Shown: positions 55,545 to 64,000 of the stretch, piece by piece
How positions within the stretch are numbered: the first letter of the stretch is position 1
How the letters are laid out: each line of letters opens with the position of its first letter
Assembly (NCBI GenBank): GCA_964016885.1
Contig: OZ024744.1
Location: 91,574,001-91,638,000, forward strand
Reading direction: 5' to 3'
Length of the DNA: 64,000 bases
Origin: Eledone cirrhosa
Taxonomy: Eukaryota
Program-made: the position numbers and the translations under genes
The notes under the pieces: generated by a model
Told to the model about the DNA's origin: nothing
What the model saw: only the letters and a program-made list of their open reading frames with translations
Database searches by the model: none

Positions 55545-58500
55545 CTATCTAGGGCGGGTAAAAATCCCGAGATCCAACGGACTCTGTCCTTCATTATGGC
55601 TGCAATGTCCTGCGTCTCCAACAGACCAGTGTCCGTCCTTAGGGCATCAACATACGTTAACCTTGGTTTTCCTCTTCCAGTGTGTCCATGTAGGGGCTCC
55701 CACAGGAGCACTGAGTGCAATGTCAACTGTGGATGTCGGTGAACATGTCCAGCTAACCTCAGTCTCCTCTGTGTCACTTTTGATCTGACTCTTGGGAGGC
55801 TCCCATACAGCTCTGAGTTTTTCATCCTCAGTGTATACTGATTAATGTTCAGAGCCATCCTCAGCATTCTCGTGTAGCACCCATCCACCATCTGAGTGAG
55901 TTTCTTGGTCAGTGTCCAAGTCTCAGACCCGTACAGCAGCACAGACTCCACTACAGCAATGAAGAGGCGGATTTTCAGGTCTTTATGAAGGTCCGACTTC
56001 CACACCGATCTCAAGCTGTGGCACGCCACCCAGGCTTTGCTCTTCCTCTCAACCACATCTTCTGTATTCCCAATCTTTGCTCTCAAATACAGGAAATCCT
56101 CAACCAATTCTAGCGGCTTCCTGCCTACATTAGTGATCCCCTCAGGCTTCTCAACATTCTCTACCAGATATTTTGTTTTAGTCTCATTCATTCTCAGCCC
56201 CACACTCATCGACACAGTCTCAACCTCCTGCATCAAATCCTCTGCCTCCTTCACTGTATTTGTCGACAAATTTAGCATCTGATATCTTTTTCACCTTAAC
56301 TCTCCTGCTCTGAGCCGGTGCTACAGTAAAGCCAGAGTCCTGGTGTTTCTCCAGTGCAAGGCGCATACAATAGTCCACTACGATGATAAAAAGGTAGGGA
56401 GCCAATTATCTCCCTGGAGCACTCCAGCCAGTATCTCAAAGAACTCTGTCATCCCATCTGGTGTAATGACTTGGGCTTTGGTGTTGGTGTAGAGCAGTGA
56501 TATCAGGTCCACTATCTTCTTGGGGATTCCATAAGCCTGTAAGATCTTCATCAGGCAGTGACGGTTCACAGAATCAAAGGCCTTCCTAAAGTCAATGAAA
56601 ACCATGACCGCAGGAAGGCACTTCGCTCTAGCTCCCTCTAATATCCTCCTCAGCATCAGGATGTGACTGGTGGTTTATCTTTCCTCTCTGAACTGTTTTG
56701 GTTGTCCCTGAGCTTCTTCTCCATCTCAGGCTGGATCCTGTTAAGAATCATCCTGTTGAGGGTCTTTGCCACAAGTGACGTCAGTGAGATCCCCCTGTAG
56801 TTGTTGGTGTTGGCACTGGGACGATGTTACTGATCCTCCACTGATTCGGGGCAACTCCTTTTTCCAGTGCCTGGTTACAGAACCCCAGGATGATATCATC
56901 AAAATCACACCTCTTCATCACCTCTGATGCCACTCCATCTTCTCCATGAGCCTTTCCCTCCTTGATCTTCTTCTTGGCTCTCTGAAGCTCCTCTCTGGTG
57001 AAGGGCTCTGTCTCAATATCCAGTTCTTCAAACAGCCGCCTGATCTCCCCAGTGCTCTGGGCTTTGGAGAGTGTCTCCTAGTAGGGCCCTAAAACGGTCT
57101 AGCCATTTCCTCTTCCTATCCCTGGATCTGACTCAAACACCTTCTCTTCCTCCATGTGATCTCGTTGATGATCATCCAGCTCTCCTTACATCCAGACTTG
57201 TCAACCGCTCTCTCCACACTTCTGATCTACTCTATCAGTGCCTCCTCTCTGGCCTCAGTGTAAGCGGTACAGAGTTCTTCCCTCATCACCTCCACAGTCT
57301 CCATCCTCTCCTCCGTAGGATCAGCATAGAATTGGTCCTTGGCAGCTTTCAGGTGTTCTCTGGCCGCACATACTTTTGGGTCTGCAAAGCTGACGTGCTT
57401 CCTTTTGTTCTTTCTCCTCGGCACCAGGGTCTCACTTGCTTCCGCCACTGCATTGGTGAAGTGCCCGTACCTCCTCGTCACACTCTCCTAAGTCCCTCCA
57501 ATCTCTCTCTCCTCTGTCTCTTCACACAGAGCACTGAACCTGTTCCTCACTTCCACTGTGAACCTCTCCTGTAGCTTATCTTTCTTGAAAGCTCCCCAGT
57601 CATAGATTGCTCTCCGGGGCTGAGCCTTGCTCTTTCTTAAGCTCACCCGGACCTCACTCATAACAAGCCGGTGGTCACTACCCAGTGTACTGAAATAGTT
57701 GTATGGTTCTGTGTTCAGAACACTATTCCGTCACTTTTTCCTCACCAGAATGAAATCAATCTGTGACTTGGACAGGTGCATATCTGAGATGTAGGTCCAC
57801 ATCTTCCCCGGATTCTTCCTAAACCTTAGGTTGGTCACTATCAAGTTCGCCTCCAGCAGGGTGTTTCTCAGTAGTCTTCCATTTCGGTTGGTGTTGTTAT
57901 GGAAGTACCAGCAAGGATCTTCACTGCCCTCCTTACTCAGATGTGCATTGAAGTCCCCCAGAACAAGTAGGATGTTGTGAGCTTGAGTGATGTTGACAGC
58001 TCTACACACCTCCTCATGGAACTCTTCCACACTCACATCACTGTCTCCCTCGGTTGGACTATAGGCTGAGATGACTGTCAGTCTTGGTTTTCCATTGAAG
58101 GTCACCCTCAACACTCGCGGGGAGAGAGGCATTATTTCCCTCACCAATAGACTGGTTTTTGTGCTGAAAACAAAACCCACTCCTCCCACTGCAGCATTGG
58201 TCATGTTCCTCACTGCCGATGTGGTGATGAGCTGGCTCATCTTCCCAATCATCACACTCCTCACGGGCTCATCGTGTAGGATCCTGTGTTCTTGGATCAC
58301 AAGTATCTGTATACCACTCTCCTCGAACAGATGTTCCAACTCCTCTCTCTTCTCCAGCGTCCGAACAGTCCTCACATTCAAAGTGCCTATTTTGATGGCT
58401 CTTCTGCAGGACAAAACTGTATTCTTTATATTTGTCTCAGAGACAGCTGATCCATCATCCACTTGCCCTCCCTGTGGCTCTAAGCCAGCAGTCATAACGA

Positions 58501-58763
58501 CCATACTTCTCCTTGACAGTGTAATTAGGGGCTCTAACCCTAGTGCTGTTAGATAGACTCTCCATATTTCTTTTCAATGGCTGACAATACCTTACCGGCG
58601 CCACTCGAATAAGGTAGTTATTTAACTCATAAATTGAGCCCTAACTACTCCGGGCCAGAGCAGACCTGGGAGTTATGACATCTAAGGGGTAACACCACAT
58701 TCCCCACAGCTCCTGAACTACCAAATTGGAGCCTTGCCACTGGATGTAGTTTAATGTCATACA
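55545..58763 (-). mobile_element. Full-length decayed APE-RT LINE (family 2, RTE-like) inserted into a TTAA MITE
   Basis: GTLNVRT, IQEHR, GDFNAH, QIDFIL, FIDFRKAFDS, GVLQGD; CAGATAT TSD at 55538-55544 and 58764-58770; (GATA)n tail. Confidence 0.92.
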
Positions 58764-59992
58764 CAGATATGGCCGGTTTAAATGTTAAAGGATAAGAAAT
58801 CTACTGTCTTAAACCAAACATAAAGAATTAATAAGGGAAATATGAAAATAATCTTAATAAAAAAAAACATCAAACCTGAAAACAGTCGCATTTTTAATAC
58901 AATATATATAGATGTGGTATATCTGTGTGTGCGTGTGTGTATGTGCGTGCGTGTGTGTACATGTGTCTAAAGTAGATAATGGATCAGTTTGTAAAATTGA
59001 CTATTGTTTGCGTGTGTATATGTATGTATATGCACATGTACGTGCATGTGTGTGTATGTAAAGTCGATAGTGAAAATTGACGATTGATTTGTATGAGTGT
59101 GTGTGTATATGTGTGTATGTGTATGTGTATGTGTGTGTGCGTGTCTATATATGTGTGTGTGCGTATGCATGTCTTCACTTTGCGTTTGACACAGCAAGTT
59201 AGTAACGTCTGTTTTTGGCTGGCGTAAACAATATTTCCCACAGTTTGGCGGTTTGACATGTGACGGCCAGTCAAGGTTGATGAAAAAAGTACTAGTCTAG
59301 TACTGAGGTCGAGTCTTCCTTTATACCTCTTTTTCACTTCCGTTCTCCCACTGTCTCTTTCTCTCTCTATCTCCCTCAGTCTAAATCCTGTTGAGGTCAT
59401 CTTTGCCTTTCATCCATCCGAGGTTTATAAAAAAAAGTACCAGTTTAGTACTGGAGTCGAATTTTTTTGTTATCTCTCTCTCTCTCTCTCTCTCCCTCAC
59501 CATCCTCCAGAGAAATACCGTCTCTCTTCTGTCCACTGCAGCCGTGGAGCGGCCAGCGCATGGGGTCTCATCTGCTTATAATAGTGAGAAATGGGGAGAG
59601 CGAGAGAGACGGAAGGCAGTGACAGTGGGATTTTGGTTCCATTGTGTTTGGGCCTGGTGTATATCATCATCATCATCATCATCATCATTTAATGTCCACT
59701 TTCCAAGCTAGTATTGTTTAGAGCAGTGATTCCCAACGTGGAGCGCACGCCCCACAGGGGCCCAATTTGAATATTGCGGGTGGGTGGGTAATTTGAAAGT
59801 GATATAATACAACCAAACCTCCAGTTTTAGTGCTGTCAATGATGTATTACTGAAAAAAAGACTGGATATCACAAAGCGAGAAGACTTAAGGTTAAAACTG
59901 ACTAAATTAGTGCCTCGAATAAAGACACTTTGTAGCATACATCAAGCTCAAGGATCTCTAAATTATTAACTTGCATTATTTATTCAAATAGC

Positions 59993-60592
59993 GGGCGGTG
60001 AATTGGCAGTATCGGTAGAGGGTCGGACATCATACTTTGACGCATAGAGTCCTTTGACACATAGAGTCCTTGCCATTCTGAGTTCAAATCCCGCCGAGGT
60101 TAACTTTGCCTTTCATCCTTACGGGGTCGATAAAATAAAGTACCAGTAATACACTGAGCAATTGCTGGCCTTGTGTCGAAAGTAGAAACAATTATTTATT
60201 CAAATAGCGTAGGTGAATTGGCAGTATCGGTAGAGGGTCGGACATCATGCTTTCCAGCATAGTTACGTCCCTTTACGATCTGAGTTCAAATCCCGCCGAG
60301 GTTGACTTTGCCTTTCATCTTTACGGGGTCGATAAAATAAAGTACCAGTAATGCACTGAGTAATTGCTGGCCTTGTGCCTAAAGTAGAAACAATTATTTA
60401 GGGCGGTAGTTTAGCAGTATTGGTAGATCGTCAGACACCATGCTTTGCAGCATAGAGTTATGGCCCTTTACGGGCTGAGTTCAAATCCAGCCGAGGTTAA
60501 CTTTGCATTTCATCCGTACGGGGGTCGATAAAATAAAGCACCAGTAATGCACTGGGTAATTGCTGGCCTTGCACCAAATGTAGAAACCATTA
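59993..60592 (+). mobile_element. Head-to-tail trimer of SINE family B
   Basis: Three ~200-bp units starting near 59993, 60207 and 60401. Confidence 0.85.
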
Positions 60593-61003
60593 TTTTATCT
60601 TGAGCTCGGTCAGTTAAATTGGGAATCAGTAGACAGGACCTGGGGGCGGCGATGGGGGACAGGGAATTCTGGGGCATGAGAGTGAGATCCATCATCTCGA
60701 CAGTAGTCGACGAATGATGATGATGATGAAATTGAACTTAAAGTGGAAGAAAAAAATTGTTTGCCTAATTTTATCTTTGTTTACTTAAAGGACTTTTACT
60801 TTATATTACAGTAATTACACTTTTACAATACTCGGTTTGTTTTTATATCAAAGGGAGACTTCAAAATTTTGTAACTGTTGTGGGTGGGGGGCATGGAACA
60901 AAAAAGGTTGCATTAGAGGCAAGTTGGGCCAGGTAACCGAGTCTTGCTTGTTTAGAACTGTTTCTGGCTGGGTTTCTACAGCTGGATGCCTTTCCTAATG
61001 CCA

Positions 61004-61970
61004 ACCACATTTACAGTGTGGGCTGGGTGCTTTTTGTCGTGACACCTACACAACCACTTTACAGTGTGGACTGGGTGCTCTTTGTCGTGACACCTACATG
61101 ACCACTTTACAGTGTGGACTGGGTGCTTTTTGTCGTGACACCTACATGACCACTTTACAGTGTGGACTGGGTGCTTTTTGTCGTGACACCTACATGACCA
61201 CTTTACAGTGTGGACTGGGTGCTTTTTGTTGTGACACCTACATGACCACTTTACAGTGTGGACTGGGTGCTTTTTGTTGTGACACCTACATGACCACTTT
61301 ACAGTGTGGACTGGGTGCTTTGTGTTGTGACACCTACATGACCACTTTACAGTGTCGACTGGGTGCTTTTTGTTGTGACACCTACATGACCACTTTACAG
61401 TGTCGACTGGGTGCTTTTTGTCGTGACACCTACATGACCACTTTACAGTGTGGGCTGGGTGCTTATTGTCGTGACACCCAAATGACCACTTTACAGTGTG
61501 TGCTGGGTGCTTTTTGTCATGACACCTACACGACCACTTTACAGTGTGGACTGGGTGCTTTTTGTCATGACACCTACATGACCACTTTACAGTGTGGACT
61601 GGGTGCTTTTTGTTGTGACACCTACATGACCACTTTACAGTGTGGACTGGGTGCTTTTTGTCATGACACCTACATGACCACTTTACAGTGTGGACTGGGT
61701 GCTTTGTGTTGTGACACCTACATGAACACTTTACAGTGTGTACTGGGTGCATTTTGTCGTGATACCTACATGACCACTTTACAGTGTGGATTGGGTGCTT
61801 TTTGTCGTGACACCTACATGACCACTTTACAGTGTGGACTGGGTGCTTTGTGTTGTGACACCTACATGAACACTTTACAGTGTGTACTGGGTGCATTTTG
61901 TCGTGATACCTACACGACCACTTTACAGTGTAGACTGGGTGCTTTTTGTGATACCAACATAACTTTACAG
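61004..61970. repeat. 48-bp tandem array (~20 copies) expanded inside a SINE/LINE-3'UTR element
   Basis: Unit ACCACTTTACAGTGTGGACTGGGTGCTTTTTGTCGTGACACCTACATG, preceded by TTTCTACAGCTGGATGCC. Confidence 0.95.
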
Positions 61971-62634
61971 CGTAAGGGCGGTGTGGACAGAAGTGGGTGG
62001 TAGGTATATGGAAGCGGGTATAGACCACTTATAAACACTTGTAGTTCTCATATACAACATATAGAAAATCCAACACCTTAGTGTAACGGAGAAACTAAGA
62101 AAATCTGCAGCAGCAGGAAAAGGTTAAAAGTAAAGGGATTAGGTAACTCCTGATGGAATAAATGTCAAGCTGTGTGTGTGTGTGTCTGTGTGTGTGTGTG
62201 TGTGAGAGTATGTGTGCCGTGATACATGGTGTGTCTTAGGCATTTTTTTCCAACCTGGTGAAGTACATCCCTTTTCAGTTTGAAACATGGCCCCTATTTC
62301 TTCTATAGAGAGGGGGAGTAAGAGAGAGAGAGAGAGAGAGATGAGAGAGTGAGCAGGAAAGAGGAGAGGAGAGAGAGGGAGGGGAGAGAGAAAGAGAAGG
62401 AGATAGGGAGAAAGAGAAAAAGGAAGAAAGGAGAGAGGTGGCAAGGAAGAGAGAGACTGACTGACTTACCCAGCCTCAGTACTGCTACAACTTTATTTAT
62501 CAACAACTTTGTAAGGATGAAACAGTAAAGTCAACTTGACCCCTTGACATCAGAGTAGGTTTTAAGGGACATGTTTTAATAAAGCAATTCTAATATCTCT
62601 TCAAGTTCACCATCTTTTGGTGGTGTTACACAGG

Positions 62635-62765
62635 AGAGAAGAGAGAGGGAGAGTTACAGACTAACAAAAGAGAGAGAGAGAGAAAGAGAGAGTTACACAC
62701 TAGCAAGAGAGAGAGAGAGAGTTACAGACAAACAAGAGAGAGATAGAGAAAGAGAGAGAGAAGGT

Positions 62766-62799
<34 letters not shown>

Positions 62800-62806
62800 A
62801 CAGACT

Positions 62807-62868
<62 letters not shown>

Positions 62869-63145
62869 ACACACTAGCAAGAGAGAGAGAGAGTTACAGA
62901 CAAACAAGAGAGAGGTAGAGACAGAGAAAGAGAAGGTGAAGAGAGAGAGAGAGAGTTACAGACTAACAAGAGAGAGAGATAGAGAAGGTGAAGAGAGAGA
63001 GAGAGTTTCAGACTAACAAGAGAGAGAGATAAAGAGAAGGTGAAGACAAAGAGAGTTACAGACTAACAAGAGAAAGAGAGAGAGAGAGAAGGTGAAGAGA
63101 GAGAGAGAGAGAGAGAGAGTTACAGACTAACAAGAGAGAGAGATA
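62635..63145. repeat. AG-rich minisatellite with GTTACAGACTAACAAG core
   Basis: Direct reading. Confidence 0.85.
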
Positions 63146-63414
63146 GATGTATGTATTTATGTATGTGTGTATGTATGTGTGTATGTGTATGAATATATAT
63201 ATATATGTATGTATTAGTTATACTATTTATGGTTATGTAAATACAAAACCTTAAGCAGTTGTAAGTATTTTACACACACCCTAAATAGTGGTAGGCAGTA
63301 ATGTATTACTACCTTATTACCAGTAAGTTAAGTAGCTCAATGTAAAAACATCAGATGATTTACAGAGCAGTTATATGAAATATAAGAATCAAAGAACTGT
63401 TCAAAACATTATTG

Positions 63415-63461
63415 TGCTTACAGCTGTTTCCTCCAAACCGAGGTTTGGATTCTTCGGAGCA
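63415..63461 (-). ncRNA. Hammerhead motif with CCGAAGA core
   Basis: Minus strand: TGCT CCGAAGA A TCCAAACC-tc-GGTTTGGA G GAAA CAGCTG TA AGCA. Confidence 0.6.
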
Positions 63462-63488
63462 ATTTATTAATGCATGGACAGTTATATG

Positions 63489-64000
63489 ACCTCCTTTTCA
63501 GCCGAGAGACATACCAATACATATTCAAACATTGATACATATTCAAACATTGTGGGTCAACATTCATTACAGAATTTAGAGTGGCAGTACACACTTCGAG
63601 ATTACATTTATATTAATATTAATAGGTACAATCAAAAATCAAAGATATAGGTTAAAGTACAACATGAAGATAAGTGGTTATATAGTGCAAATGTTATATG
63701 TGTGGCACACTTATTTACCTACCTAAGTGCCTCTACCACACATATCTCTCTGCCACACTATATAAACAAGACGCACATGCGTGCCACACATATAACATTT
63801 GCACTATATAACCACTTATCTTCATGTTGTACTTTAACCTATATCTTTGATTTTTGATTGTACCTATTAATATTAATATAAATGTAATCTCGAAGTGTGT
63901 ACTGCCACTCTAAATTCTGTAATGAATGTTGACCCACAATGTTTGAATATGTATCAATGTTTGAATATGTATTGGTATGTCTCTCGGCTGAAAAGGAGGT
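63489..64000. repeat. Apparently perfect inverted repeat, arms of at least 220 bp, 72-bp spacer
   Basis: 63489-63708 is the reverse complement of 63781-64000; runs off the window end. Confidence 0.95.

Noticed and set aside
59725-60910. hAT-type MITE beginning CAGTGATTCCCAAC
   Set aside because: Right TIR is interrupted and no matching 8-bp TSD was found
61004-61970. CRISPR-like array or Cys/His-rich repeat protein
   Set aside because: No unique spacers and no cas genes; contiguous 48-bp repeat derived from a retroposon module

Overview
Eukaryotic, repeat-saturated animal DNA with one 200-N gap. The SINE families and huge AT/CAT/CCA microsatellites suggest a coleoid cephalopod such as Octopus (inference). 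No host protein-coding gene is recognisable; most listed ORFs are microsatellite artefacts. The real coding remnants are transposable elements: two decayed RTE-clade LINEs (APE-RT with an embedded PHD-type finger), a full-length decayed LINE of a second RTE-like family with a TSD, a ~6.4 kb Helitron with both termini, and short CRE-like and CR1/L2-like fragments. Non-coding elements include two tRNA-derived SINE families, TTAA and TA MITEs, a head-to-tail non-autonomous Helitron dimer and several satellites. The most striking signal, invisible to the ORF track, is about a dozen minimal type-I hammerhead-ribozyme motifs from several families, on both strands, with palindromic helix III, covarying stems and some CCGA core variants. 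Several lie in or beside long inverted repeats, as expected for Penelope-like or retrozyme-type elements. Coordinates were read by eye and may be off by a few bases.
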